A DNA stretch of 64,000 bases from Octopus sinensis (GCF_006345805.1 NC_042997.1:196912001-196976000), one strand, 5' to 3'. Shown: positions 25,305-39,296, counted from the first letter of the stretch. Notes: generated by a model not told the origin, from the letters alone. Made by a program: numbers and translations.

Positions 25305-26939
25305 TTCTTGGTTTGTTAATTATTAATAGTACTTGGTACAGGGAAGCTATGAGATTTTATTGTGTGTGCCTGCGTTTTTTTATTGTGTGTGCTCGTGTGT
25401 ATTAATGAGTGTGTGTGTGATCATTAATACTGATTGATATAATATAATAATGATATCATTAAATGATCATCCTTCTGTTTATCCCTCTATATTTCTGCCA
25501 GATTTTATAATAACTTCAGGGTTGTCAAAAAGTGCACAAAGAACTACAGTTCTAGAAATAAGTCAATCTCTCCACAGTTTTTACATTGCTTTTCTCTTGG
25601 CAATTGTTCTTCTGCTGAAGCGATATAACAATTTATTGCAATAACAAAGCCGTCTCATTTGGGCAGCAGTTTTTTAGGAGAGGGGGTTCAGTGAATACAT
25701 GAACTCCAGTATTTCACCGATACTTAATTTTATCGATCCACGAGGCAGAGAAATGTAAATTCGATTTCGGCACTTTACGTCTAATATATTTCTTCAAAAG
25801 GCATTGGTCAGCTACAATAGAAGGTACTTGCTTACGGTGCCGCGTAGTAGGACTGAATCTGGAATCACGTTGTTACAGTGTGCTTGTTAACAACTCAGGT
25901 GTCTCTGTATTTGTAAGAGAACATCCTTCAGGCTAAATAAGTATTGTGGATTTTACATTTTATAATTCTTGGGTCGATTAGTTAAGTACCAATCAACAAA
26001 CCTGGTCATGTTGTTACGTTGGAATTATTATCTTTAGTCAAATTAGTTTATAAATTGGAAATCACGGGGGAATTTCCTTCCATCAACGTTTTTCGTAGAA
26101 CTTATATTTGTGTTGGGTTTTTGTCAAGACTGTAATTTCCGTTGTTTCCTGTTTGAAATAATCAATTGTGTGGAAATATTTCCATTATCTTTAATTTACA
26201 AACCGTCTTTAAATAAACTCCATTTTTAGTATGAATAAAAAATACGACCTAAGTACGTTTGTTTAATATTTCCTCATAAAAATACCACTTATTGTATTTG
26301 TATATTTGTTTCAACACTATCTCGTTATTGTTCAACATAAAGAGGCTTCAATGTCCATACTTACATAAGTTGTAGGTGAAATATTAACATTTATGATCCA
26401 AATGTCGGATATTATATACAAAACAACTGGGAACAAATATTCAGCAATAACCGATATATATTTACTGAAATGTGTGAAATGAATTGACTTCGTAAATAAA
26501 ATCAAAAGTTCAGTTTTGTTTTGTCTTGTTATGAGTTATTCAATAAAATCTAATTTATTATATCGGAAATGTAATGAAAAGTTTTAAATCTCATTTTCAC
26601 AATTTTGTTTTATAATTTATTTCTACAATTTACTGAAGAATATACATACTTTAGCGTACAACGTATAATTGATGGCGCTATAGAAATATGTGGTTAAATT
26701 AATTAAAAAGACAAACAAACAAACAAACAAACAAACAAGAAAAAACATTGTCAACAATCATTCGAAAGATATGACAGGAAGTTTATGCTACAATAATGGT
26801 ATTCGGGTCTATTTCCTATCAGGAAATAAGTGGAATTTGAGAGAGGATACATTTCTGTTTGGTGGTAACTGAAAATAACATCACGTGATTGCATAAGTCT
26901 ATAAAAACGGAACAAGATGCTTTATTTTTTCTAGATTTT

Positions 26940-27049
26940 TGTTATTATTATTATTATTGTTGTTGTTATTATTATTATTATTGTTATTATTATTATTATT
27001 ATTATTGTTATTATTATTATTATTATTATTGTTATCATTGTTATTATTA

Positions 27050-27095
<46 letters not shown>

Positions 27096-27112
27096 GATGA
27101 TCATCATCATTT
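26940..27112. repeat. (TTA/TTG)n microsatellite
   Basis: Direct reading. Confidence 0.95.
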
Positions 27113-28074
27113 TTATTTTTCTAATTTTCTATTTTTGCTTTTGTCTGCTTCAACAAAGTAAATTGGATTAAAAGTTGATGTGTATAGCTTGCTAAAATCA
27201 TTGATTTGTTGTACGGAATAAATGATAATTGAATTGTATTTTTTTCTTTAAAGAAAACTTGCAGAATTCTTGACAGATATATTGATCGGATTAATGATCA
27301 TGGAATGCTCAAGACTAAAGAAGCGAGTATAGAGCTTCAAACTTTGCTGATTAAATTTCTATGCAAATTATAAAATGATCAATGAATCATTTATAGAAAG
27401 ATGTTTCAGTACATATAATAAATGATAAAAATCTAAATTCGAGACAAGATCAAATCTTATGTCTAATTGTATGCAACCACAACAGTAGGTAGAAATACCA
27501 CTCTACTGGTGATCGTAGCAGACATAGAAGGTGTTAGTAGTTTAAATGAGAAGTAATATTTTGAGGTCTAGAGTAAGTACAGATCAGAGATATGAAGAGA
27601 TTATTGTAACTAAGGGCGAAACACTTTCTCTTTTATAAGGTCAAAAGTATAAATAATCTTAGAGTTATTAACATTAGTCTGGATAAATTGGCCAAATGGA
27701 CGAGGGATCATTATACTGGCGTAATCATCATCTAGGGTAGGAAATTCATCTTTAAAATACATATATACACATACTTACACACGTGCATATTCACAAGACC
27801 ATACACAAAGAAAAACAGGTACGAACACACACACACAATATATATATATACACATATACACACACAACACCGCTTGTTGCCATGTTCTGGCATGAGGATC
27901 GTTGGAGCTTGAAACTCAACTCTCGAGATAAACACTTAGTTTAAATAAACAATATACCCCATAGCATGTATTGAGCCAATGGTAGGAACAAATCAAATAC
28001 ATGCATACACACACACCCAGCTATAATACAAAAATACATACACAGAAACATACATATGTACATACATACATACA

Positions 28075-28110
<36 letters not shown>

Positions 28111-28663
28111 CATAATCTGTGTGTGCGCGCGTTCGTAGACTTTATATCTTTACATGCTCTACACTATTAAGTAAAGAAATACGCTGAGTGGATCTTCTCT
28201 CACCCACCCAACACAGGTCCCTTCATTCCTTGGAAAAATATGTGGCTCCGTAAGGAGTACATTAAGAAAACTAAAAAAGCATCAGTGATGGACGTCAAGG
28301 AGATATATACGGACTAATCAGATTTCTCTGATAATATCTACAAGACAAAACTGGCTTAAAAGATCTGAAACTTTACGATTTCCCCTGTGAAATGCAACAA
28401 ATTTAATTGTATACTCCAACCGAAGACCTAACAATTCTATATGGAAGCACATTAGGAACAAAAAAAAATTATCGTTAAATTGATCCAAAGGGAAATGCTG
28501 ACGTCTTTCATATTACTTTTATCAGACATAATAAGGTAAGCAAAGACGGAACCGACTGTTTCTTTACATGTATTCACAACGTTTAATCGTTACAAATAGA
28601 AGTATATTCTATTAGTATACTCCGAATCATGCACACAAAAATACGCAAATATGCATGCATGTA

Positions 28664-28722
<59 letters not shown>

Positions 28723-28855
28723 CGAGAGAGAGAGAGAGATAGAGAGACAGAGAGAGTGAGAAAGAGGGATACATAGATAGCTATATAGATAGATTAAATT
28801 GTATACATATACATGTGAATTGCCTCATGAATTTGCATGAATGCATATATATACA

Positions 28856-28890
<35 letters not shown>

Positions 28891-29115
28891 GCTTGAATGT
28901 ATTAGTATACGAAATGTTGCATTCATACATATATACATATTTTTCACAAATGCACATATACACACACATATACAGAGATACCCATTCTTACATTGATTTT
29001 TTAAAATAAATATATAGATGCGTGTATAACTAAAGATGTGTATGTGTGTGTGCGTGTGTCTGCGTGTATGTACGTAGGTATATAGTTATGCATGCATGTA
29101 TACGCCAATAAGTAT

Positions 29116-29160
<45 letters not shown>

Positions 29161-29338
29161 TATATATACATACATATTTACATATATATATGTATATATA
29201 TATTTATAATGTATATATATATGTATATATATATGTGTGTGTATATATGTATATCTATGTATATGTATATCTATGATGTATATTTATAGACGTATACATG
29301 AAAATTCACGTGCCAATTCACATATGTATACAATTTAA

Positions 29339-29381
<43 letters not shown>

Positions 29382-29579
29382 CATACTTTATCCGTAAACA
29401 GCGATAAAATTTATGTCGTTACACTTAAATTCTATACTGCCTACGTTCTAGAGATAAGTACATGCGTTGCTCCACCATTTGATCCTGACGGCAGAGGTAC
29501 GGCGAAACGCTAAACTTGCTTCTTTAATTCGGTTTTCGCCCCTGGTTCTGTCATAAATACTGTGTAAATAGCTAAAGTA

Positions 29580-29950
29580 TACGATCGTTAATACAAATCA
29601 GTGAAATAAGGTTACTTTGAACGATATCTGGAGTAACATTACTCGGATGGTCTCATAGTACAAGGATCAGTAAATCGATCCAGGTCAAAGCTGCAAATTT
29701 TTATTGAGAAGTCACGGCTTCTGTACTATTGATATATAATTAGAATGTCTGAAGAAAGAATTGGAAGACGTATTCTTCAGGCCGAGTTAACTGCCAGGAA
29801 ACCTAGGAGTGGAGCAGGTACACCAAGAACGGGACGTTTTTATAAAATCCCTTGTTTCAGATGGTTAGCCTGGAGTGTCCAACCGGAAGATGTAATGACG
29901 ATTTCTTCTGATATGATTCTATACAGGAGTTGCCTACTGTTCATCCAACA
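29580..29950 (+). pseudogene. RTE-clade LINE ORF C-terminal fragment
   Basis: IEKSRLLYY*YIIRMSEERIGRRILQAELTARKPR..G.PRT matches RTE motif RL.W.GHV.RM...R...R.......G.R..GRP. Confidence 0.7.
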
Positions 29951-30009
29951 ATAATGGACAGCGCAGATAGCTGGAATCTTCTACCATAATGGTTCTACAT
30001 AACTAAGTA

Positions 30010-30220
30010 AGGGGAATTGGTCCGAGAAACCGGACCAATCTCCCTTACATTCCTCCCGGGGCGGGACGCCGGCTCGTCACACGATTACTCATTTTTATCA
30101 AGAGAAACATGAAATAAAATGTGTTGCTCAAGAGCAGAATGCATCACCCAGTCCAGAGATCGAAACTGTGATCCTACGATCATGAATCCAACGCTCAGAC
30201 CACTAACCCGCATGCCATAT
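30010..30220 (-). mobile_element. Degenerate SINE B older variant (CORE-like body + tail type 3)
   Basis: Reverse complement: tRNA head GTTTCGATCTC, TCTTGAGCAACACATTTTATTTC, then GTGACGAGCCGGCGTCCCGCCCC. Confidence 0.65.
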
Positions 30221-31231
30221 CATTCTTCTATCATACACATGTAGTATAAAGAAGATAATGATATTTCATGGCTGGTATTTCAATTTTTTATAAGATGAGC
30301 GGATCTCATTGTCCTTCCGAAGCAGGAATTGACAAGCAATACTTGACTTAATGGAAACACCATACAAGATCTTGTACAGCTAAAAACTTCATATTTAGGT
30401 TTCAAAGAGTTTCATCACTTGTCTACTGAATCATATGTCCCCTCGGTTTAATACGAATAACCCTTCAAAAAGAATATCTATTCTGTATACATAAAACTGT
30501 ATCTATTTAAGATTTTGTAACTACGTGTAAATATTCATGCAGCCTAGCGTACGATATCCTTTGCTATCATACTGCCCGTTCCTCTTTCTCTTTATATATA
30601 TATATATTATATATATATAACAGTGAACTATTTCATGTCATCATATTCAACGTTAATATTTATAGAGATAAACTGAATCTTCCCTTGTAGCAGAATTAAT
30701 TTTACTGCGTTATTTAATCTGGAATATATGGTAATGAAACCTTTTAGGCTTCATTTTAACGTAAATATTATGAGGGAGAGACTGCCGATAAAAGGAATGT
30801 ATGTATTAAAACATATCTTTGGAAGGCATTTGAAAAAAAAAGACTTCCTATATTAATATGTGAAATATTAAAGACTAGTAAAACATTGATTAATGTATAT
30901 GTTACTCTAGAAAGCATTTAAATATGTAAACATAAATGCCTGATATCGAATTCTATGTATTTATTATTATAACTTGTTGTTTTGATATATGAAATACATC
31001 ATGTAGGATTAATTTCGTGCAGAAAAGTCATCCACCATATCACAGAACATCGTTAAAACACTAACTCGTAAATTCACGAATATGTATATACTACATACAC
31101 ACACACATACTTATGCACACACTAACATACACTCACAGACAGGCACACGCGCACACATGTATAATACATAATTAAGAAGCGTTTTACAGGTATGTATAGA
31201 GGCATATGTATTCACATGTGTATATACATAT

Positions 31232-31765
31232 ACAAAGTTGCCCCAAAAGAAGATCATGGTGACTGTTTGCTGGTCTGCGGCCGGTCTCATCCTTCACAGT
31301 TTTTTGGATGTAAGCGAAACCAATACGGCGAAATACTGTCAGCAAATGGATGAAATACATAAGAAACTCCGACAGCAACAGCTAACATTGGTCAATAAAT
31401 AGGGAAGGACCAATTCTTCTCCCCGACAACGGACGGCCGTACGTCGCACAACTGACCCTGCAGAAGTTCAAAGAATTGGGCTACGAAACTCTGCCTCATC
31501 CGCCATACTAATCAGAACTCTCGCCTACCGACTATCACTTTTTCAAGCTTCAAAAACCAAGACGATTCAAACACGCCCTCAACGACTTCATCGCCACCAG
31601 AACGCAGGATGTTTACGCTACTGGCGTAAATAAACTTGTTTCGCGTTGGCAAAAGTGTGTTGATTCTGATGGTGATTATTTCTATTCATAAAAGTTTTGT
31701 TTGAGCCGAGATAAGTACATCTGAATTATAAGGTTAAAAACCGCAAGAAATTTCTTGACAACCTA

Positions 31766-31766
<1 letters not shown>
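31232..31766 (+). mobile_element. Mariner transposon 3' half (cecropia subfamily, Hsmar1-like), pseudogenized
   Basis: KKIMVTVCWSAAGLI...GPILLPDNGRP...LPHPPY*SELSPTDYHFFK...ATGVNKLVSRWQKCVDSDGDYF; 3' TIR-like AAAAACCGCAAGAAATTTCTTGACAACCTA; stops, frameshifts and internal deletion. Confidence 0.92.
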
Positions 31767-31860
<94 letters not shown>

Positions 31861-32619
31861 TGTGTATGTTGTGTGTGTGCGTGTGTGTGTATGTGCGTGT
31901 GTGTACGGGTGTGTGTGTTAAAATAATTGACTGTTTGGTTGTCTGCGCATCGAAAATAGCAAGGTTTACATGGATGGATAAAAGTGCAAACTGGCATCGA
32001 ATAATTCTATTCCATTCATATTAATCTTCATCAAAATTCTTCCTTAGGGCAATCTTGTATCATTTCTTTATGAATATCTGCTTTCTTTCCCTTCACATTT
32101 CAAATAATTTTCCATATTCTCCGATAATAGTTTAACATAATTTGTTATAATAAAGCTGCATTAGCAATAATTCTCCTTAAAAACACCATAAGCATTTCAG
32201 TTTTGGCATTTTTGCGAAGATATTGTCTCATTTTGTAAAATAAATACTCAATGCTATTAAAACACAATTTCTCTCATACACACACACACACGAATATACA
32301 TACATATACACACATAAATATGCACAAACAGCTGGAGTAGGGCACGTTTTCGGAAAACAATTTAATTTTGAAATCAATTTTCCGACACATTGTGATCAAT
32401 GATGGCACCCCCCCAAGATGTTCCTTCGATCAATTAGCCTTGATAAGAGTTCAAATTACAAGTACTTTGCACTCCTTAGATTGTCTCTGTATAAGTTTCT
32501 CTTTGAATCTCTATCTCGACTGTGTTCTAGTTTCATTTGTATCTAGATCAACATTCTCCAATTTGTTCCGTTAAACATCAAGAACGGATGGTGCACTGTC
32601 ACAGAAAAATCGACTCCTT

Positions 32620-32905
32620 CTGCTAAGTTACGGGGTAGTAAATGCATAAACGCCAGTTATCAGAGAGTGATGGTGGATGAACACAGACACACATATATAC
32701 ATATATACGATGAGCTTCTTTCAGTTTCCGTCCACCAGATCCACTCACAAGACCTTGGTCGACCCGAGGCCATAGTAGAAGACACTTGTCCAAGTGCTAC
32801 GCAGTGGGACTGAACATGGAACCATGTGGTTGGGAAGCAAGCTTCTCACCAAATAGCGACGCTTGCGTCTATCGTTACAACACAGTCACGCTTGTGCCTA
32901 TCCTT
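32620..32905 (-). mobile_element. SINE A 5' portion, diverged
   Basis: CTTCTTTCAGTTTCCGTCCACC...GCAGTGGGACTGAAC match. Confidence 0.85.
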
Positions 32906-32950
32906 ATGAAATAGCGAAGCCACAGCACCCCCATATATATATATATATAA

Positions 32951-33113
32951 CAATTGAAGCGTGGATGTTGTTTATAAGCCACTTAAGAAACACACAAAAA
33001 CCTTTAGATTCACTTCACATTTAAATTTAATTTGTCAAAATATTTTCGTCGCTTTGAGTTCGCAACCTGTTACGATCTCAGATCAGGTCACTTGCTATGC
33101 AAGAATATCTCCG
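32951..33113 (-). mobile_element. Short element in (TA)n with partial hammerhead-like remnant
   Basis: Minus strand GTTGC..GCGAC-GAAA-ATATTTT-GACAAA; CUGANGA half not intact. Confidence 0.4.
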
Positions 33114-33119
33114 TATATA

Positions 33120-33173
<54 letters not shown>

Positions 33174-33332
33174 TATATATATATAATATATATATATATG
33201 AGAAATAAGTGGAAATTTTACCGGTGAGTGTGTTAAATTTTAAGGCACAAAAAGAAAATGACTCTCCCCAGACAATATGTTTCAATACACGAACTCACAT
33301 AAAGAATCTTGCAAACCAAATCCAAAAACGAT

Positions 33333-33367
<35 letters not shown>

Positions 33368-34099
33368 CGAGAGAGAGAGAGAGAGAGAGAGTGAGAGAGA
33401 GGGAAGGAGAGAGAAAGAGCGAGAGAAAGAGTGGTATGGTGAGTTCCGTTAAGAACGTATTAGAGTACTAATAGAGCTTGTTCACCCTTAGAAACATTAG
33501 TAGTGATCCTTTAGCGATCCTTCGAACATTTTTGGTGCCTAACCGTACTTACAGTTCCTTTTGACTCTTTTACTCTTTACTTTTTGTATGTGTGTGAGTG
33601 TGCGTTTGTATGTATATGTTTTTACATATAGTAAAGGAAAACTTAAATATTTATACAATAGCAATTACCATGAATAATATGAAACTACCAACAAGTAATT
33701 ACATGACTGAACATGCCCGTTTTCCAATGTGTATGTATAAACGGGTTTATATTTGTAAGTCTCGACGCGGCAAATATCGCGTTGGGAGATGCAAATTGTA
33801 AATTAATATAGTTACACATTGAAAACCGGTTTCACTTACGAATAGTAATTTTGCTTAGCTGTTTATCACATGTCATTGTCCAAATGTTTAAACACGGTAA
33901 ACTAAAACTGTGTGATATCTCGTTAAAGTTTTAGAAATCTAGAATATCGAAAATTATTGCTGTGTTTGAGAGGCATCAAAAGATGTCCATTTTATTTCTA
34001 GTTTATTGCATTCGTGACTAGAATGTGAATTTGTAATTTTTTTTCTATTTTCATACATTCCGGCACGCAGATACAAATTTACTGCAGTCCATATTTTTA

Positions 34100-34350
34100 A
34101 AGTCTGGTGCTGACTCTATCGGTGTCTTTTGACAAACCGCTAATTTACAGGGAAATAAACAAACGCAATGACACGAAATCACACACACACTCTCCCTCTT
34201 ATACAAACACACACACACATATATATATATATACATACAATGTTACCATCCACCAATTTCTCGGCGTGGATTTATTTAATAGATGACATGCACATGTGGA
34301 TTGAACCCAAAACCACATGGTTGGAAAGCGAGCTTCTTTATCACACAGAA
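34100..34350 (-). mobile_element. Degenerate SINE A
   Basis: CTATCGGTGTCTTTTGACAAACCGCTAA and GGATTGAACCC...CATGGTTGGAAAGCGAGCTT. Confidence 0.6.
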
Positions 34351-35433
34351 ATCAATACCAAAGTACATGTCTAACCACGAAGAAAGAAGCTTGCTCATAC
34401 ATTATAGCTGTCAATATTTATATTTGTAACGTCAGGAAAGTAAGTTTTACGACATCGGAGCTAAGAATTGACATTATTCAGACCAGTGTTGTCAGAAGGT
34501 TTTAAGAAGAGAAACTGAGGCTACGAGGTTGGGAAATGCAAGAACGTTCGTTTGTGTTGAAAGAAGATAAAAAGTGGATTTGTTATTGGCTTTCTAGTTT
34601 TTATGTAATAAATTTCCGAATCGATTTTGTACTTGAAGGCACGGATTTGATATATTGGTTTGAAGTTACTGTTTTGCCTCTGACTGATGATAAAAAGAAA
34701 CTGTGCTGTAATCAGCGCAAAACAAATATTAATCGAAGGATGCGGCAGCGAGATATTACAAGACATAGAATAAGGTATGGATTGCGTTTCTTGCCTATCA
34801 TGAATAATAATTCGATTTAAAGTTGGTAGAAAAGATTAGATAGATTTTTTTCTCTATCAATAGTCGAAAGCAAACAAAATAAATGACATTCATGTATATA
34901 CTCAACAGGTTTCATTCAATCCGAAAGTTATACATAGCAAAGTGCCACAACGTAATTTCAGTTAATTATTTCATTCAGACTAACATACGTAAGAAACTGG
35001 AAAATTAAAGAAAATATATTTGTATGATCGTTATAATAGTCCGGCATTTTTTAAAGATGGAATCTTACGCAGAACAGAATGATTAAGCCTGATTAGTTTA
35101 CATTGATAATGTGAAGTAACCGCCATAGTTTTTTCACTATAAATTAGTTGATAACTTATTATCTTCCGAGTTTTTAACAAGGTTAACAAGTGTAGATGGC
35201 TTTGGGAACAAAGTAATTAGCGACAGTTACAAAAGAAAGAAATCTTATTCATAATCATGCAACCGTTGGTATAAAATCATACGTATGTGTGTGTGTTTGT
35301 GTGTATCTATAAGTATATACACGCACACACACACACAGAGAAACACACACATACATTTACATGCATGCTAATACATTCATAAGTACTAACATATATATAT
35401 ATATATGTATATATATGCTTACACGCACACACA

Positions 35434-35480
<47 letters not shown>

Positions 35481-35481
35481 A

Positions 35482-35522
<41 letters not shown>

Positions 35523-35528
35523 GTGTAT

Positions 35529-35562
<34 letters not shown>

Positions 35563-36302
35563 ATATATATAGTATAAGTATGAAATATTAGAGCGAGGTT
35601 AAATCATGCGTTTATGAAACATATGACGTGACGCTCATTTATTTTAATATATAAAAAATAACTTCTATTTCCAGTATTAATCAATGAATAGTGATGGGTT
35701 TTAATCGACTATGTGAATGAATTTTCATATATTTTCTGAATTTCCCTTTACTTTACATAAATCGCTCTCCTTAGTCGAGATCTCACGCTAACATCTTCTG
35801 AATGGAATGATAATTACGGGCCTTTATTGCTGCAAATTGTAACAGGCAGTAAAACAAAACATATCAAAACAGTTAACCGCTTCTAAATCAAGCGATGGTG
35901 ATCTTTCATTTGCAAAATTACTTTATGATGTTTCGATGCCTACAAAACGTTGCTGAAATAAAAAAAACAACGAAAAAGCCCGCCAACCACGCCAACCACT
36001 CTCTTGTCAGCTGATTAGTGAGGGATTGCGAGAAAGAAGGTCATAAAACACTAATGGATTTAGGGAATCTTATTGATTGAAATGAATCCCTCAAAGTCTA
36101 ATAAGGGAAATATGGATGACAATTCATAAAGAATGATTAATGCAAGACAAAAACGTATCAAGAGTACGATATCCATACATATATACACGCACACACACTA
36201 TGTTTCACACTGTATCATGTGCGCCTCTGTGTGTGTGCTTATGTGTGTGTGTGTATGTATATATATATATCTATATCTATATATATATCTATATCTATAT
36301 CT

Positions 36303-36364
<62 letters not shown>

Positions 36365-36393
36365 ATAATATATATATAGATATATATATATAT

Positions 36394-36448
<55 letters not shown>

Positions 36449-36450
36449 TC

Positions 36451-36543
36451 CTTAAATTCTTAAAAATGTTTCAGCCTGAAAGCTGCGGCCATGCTGGGGC
36501 ACCACAGTTGAATGAGCTACACTTGTATGTGAATCCACCTCTG
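36451..36543 (-). mobile_element. Short 5'-truncated retroelement 3' end sharing the SINE A tail
   Basis: Minus strand GGTGCCCCAGCATGGCCGCAGCTTTCAGGCTGAAACA with non-SINE upstream sequence. Confidence 0.7.
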
Positions 36544-36578
36544 ATATATATATATATATTATATATATATATATATAC

Positions 36579-36612
<34 letters not shown>

Positions 36613-37088
36613 TATATCATATACATCGTGCAAGTGCTATTTTAACCAGCTAAATACACAAAACACGACTAAAATTTCTAGTTCATTAATATTTTGCCGT
36701 GTCAAAATGGCTGGTGCGAAAACTGCGAAGTAGTCATTACAGAGATTCCGCATTAATTGCTTGAAAATTAGCAACAGGGGTTTTTCATCGTTTTATTTCA
36801 GCTGAATTCATGTTAGAGAGATCGTTTTGTCATCAGTTATAGATCTATCAAAGACAGCAGAGTCTATGTGTTACCCTTTTGTTTCATTGTAACATCGTTA
36901 TATCTTATGGTTATCATTTCATACACTTTTCTTTCTTTTCCTTTATTCTCCTCTTAAAGCTTAGTCCTGAATTCATGCATGCCATATCAAAGAAGTATAT
37001 ATATAAAGTATCCTTTCTGATATACATCTCCTTTTTAGTAGAAATCTGTAGAACATAACTTACAGCTCTGTGTATTATGCTTCAAAAT

Positions 37089-37389
37089 GGAGGCGCAATG
37101 GCCCAGTGTTTAGAGCAGCGGACTCGCAGTTGTAGGATCGCGGTTACGATTCCCAGACCGGGCGTGTCTTCTACTATAGTCTTGGGGCAACCAAAGCCTT
37201 GCGCGTCTGAGTTTATGTGCCACCAATATCGCTTGACAACCGATGCTGGTGTGTTTACGTCCCCGTCACTTAGCCGTTCGGCAAGAGAGATCGATACAAT
37301 AAGTACTAAGCTTACAAAGAATAAGTCCTGGGGTCAATTTGCTCGACTAAAGGCAAGGCGGTGCTCCAGCAAATGACTGAAAAAAAAAC
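37089..37389 (+). mobile_element. Chimeric SINE: group B head + SINE A body/tail
   Basis: B head to GACCGGGCGTGT then A sequence GTGTCTTCTACTATAG...GGCGGTGCTCCAGC. Confidence 0.85.
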
Positions 37390-37954
37390 ACATGGCCCCT
37401 ATATACGGTATATTTGTGCTCAGGAAGTTTTCTCTAAGGATTATCCATAACTGTCCAAATTACTGCTTAAACATCCACTATTGTCATCGCCTTGCATAAA
37501 ATGAACAGACTTCTAAAGTACAGTTTTACTTATATTTGTCAACTGTCGGTAGAATATCAGCAAGATTCCTTTCGACGTAAGCTACCTTGCTTCTTCCTCT
37601 CTCCCCCTCTCTCTCTTTCTCTCTCTCCCGCCATACTTCTCTCTCTATCTTTCTCTCTCTCCCTTCCCACGCGCTCTCTCATTCCTCTTTATATGTACGC
37701 ACGCACAACACACACACACATACACACAAAATTGAATATTAAACATTCGCATATTGTTGCATCGTGTAAGGAGCAACGAGTCTTCCGAGATAGAGCAAAT
37801 CCTCTCTCAACACACGATTTCACATCAAGAATCATGCAAACGAAATCCAAAAGGAAAAGAAAAAACAATACAAGCACACACACAAATAGATTGGTAGAAA
37901 ATATATAAATAGATAAATTTTTATAAATATTTAAACACAAATATACCTTACAAA

Positions 37955-38002
<48 letters not shown>

Positions 38003-38003
<1 letters not shown>

Positions 38004-38160
38004 TTTTTGCAAAAACTGTCCGACGAACGGGAACGTGAAACTCAGAGTAACAGGTTTTGTTGAATTTTCTGCTGTTTTTAAATAAAGCATATTACTCTAC
38101 CACTGGTATTTGAGTACTCTTTTTTCCACCTTGTTTCACATTTGTGTGTTTACTCCGGTA
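38003..38160 (+). mobile_element. Short element in (TA)n with hammerhead-like motif (38012-38058)
   Basis: CTGT-CCGACGA-ACG-GGAA-CGT-GAAA-CTCAGAG-TA-ACAG; AATAAA downstream. Confidence 0.72.
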
Positions 38161-39071
38161 TATATATATATGTGTGTGTATGTATGTGTGTGTGTGTGCT
38201 AGCTTACAATTCCTTTTCATAGAAAACTACGAACAAACTGCGTCAGCATATTTTTAACAATACTTCTCACATATCTGTTCAATTACGTCAGGAAAACCGC
38301 TGAGTATTACACAATCTCATTTTGCTTCTTTTAATCCCAATGGGATATACTTATGAAAGAATAAAACACAATAGTACGAATGTATAGTGCACTAACTGTA
38401 CAAGTTACATGTATACAACAAATAAATTTGTGCCCATGTGCTATTTGCATGCTTCATGCAGATTTAATTTACTAAGGATCGACAATAAAGGCTGCTTGGT
38501 GCAAGATCAGTGTTATTTACATTGCTCAGTCAAAACATTGCAAAGAAGTGTAAGGTGCGTGGCTTCCAGTGAGGTGATAATTTTAGCGAGAAAGTGCTTT
38601 TTAGTGCGTCTATTTTCCTATAGATTTCCAGATTTCATGGTTCAGCAATAACAAAGAGTTTGGTGCGTTGTCTTCTCGGTGCCGTGTGGTCTCTGATCCA
38701 CTTCTGAACAGGATTAGCAAACGTGGGTGTGGTGCTGAAGAAAGTTACATGATTAGCAAGGATAACAAACGGGTTTAGGCACAAATATTTGCAGGCATAG
38801 ATCCCGTTTTATATCCTCGTTAATCACGACAGTTTTAAGAACCGGCATCAGGCCATCAGGATCGGAAGCAATGTCACACATGGTGTTTTCGGTGATGTCG
38901 GTGTCATGTGTTGTGTTATTGCATCTCCAGTGCTTACTAAGTAAAATATGGGTTCAATAGGTATACAAATTCACATATAGACATACACACAGCACGTTTT
39001 TACACATGCACTCACATATAAGCACATATAATAAAACTGTCCTGATCTTTGTTTATGTATATATATATATA

Positions 39072-39296
39072 TTGAGCTGTCCGGAAAGTTGGTGCCGATT
39101 TTTAAAGGAAAGGAAAAGGTCAATAAATACTTGCTATTACATTTTTAATCAACCAAATATGAACCATTTTGTTGCACAATGCGTCGCCATCTTTCCTTTA
39201 ACTTGAAAATACCCTCTTACCAGAATTGAAGTGCCTGGGAGGGTAAGTCGAAAGGTAAGCTACTATAAATCGGCACGAACTTTCCGGACAACCCAA
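39072..39296 (-). mobile_element. Internally deleted mariner (MITE-like), 225 bp
   Basis: ~30-bp TIRs TTGAGCTGTCCGGAAAGTTGGTGCCGATTT / AAATCGGCACGAACTTTCCGGACAACCCAA flanked by TA; minus strand FW*EGIFKLKERWRRIVQQNGSYLVD*. Confidence 0.9.

Noticed and set aside
38540-38930. Possible LINE endonuclease remnant on the minus strand
   Set aside because: Motifs too degenerate to assign
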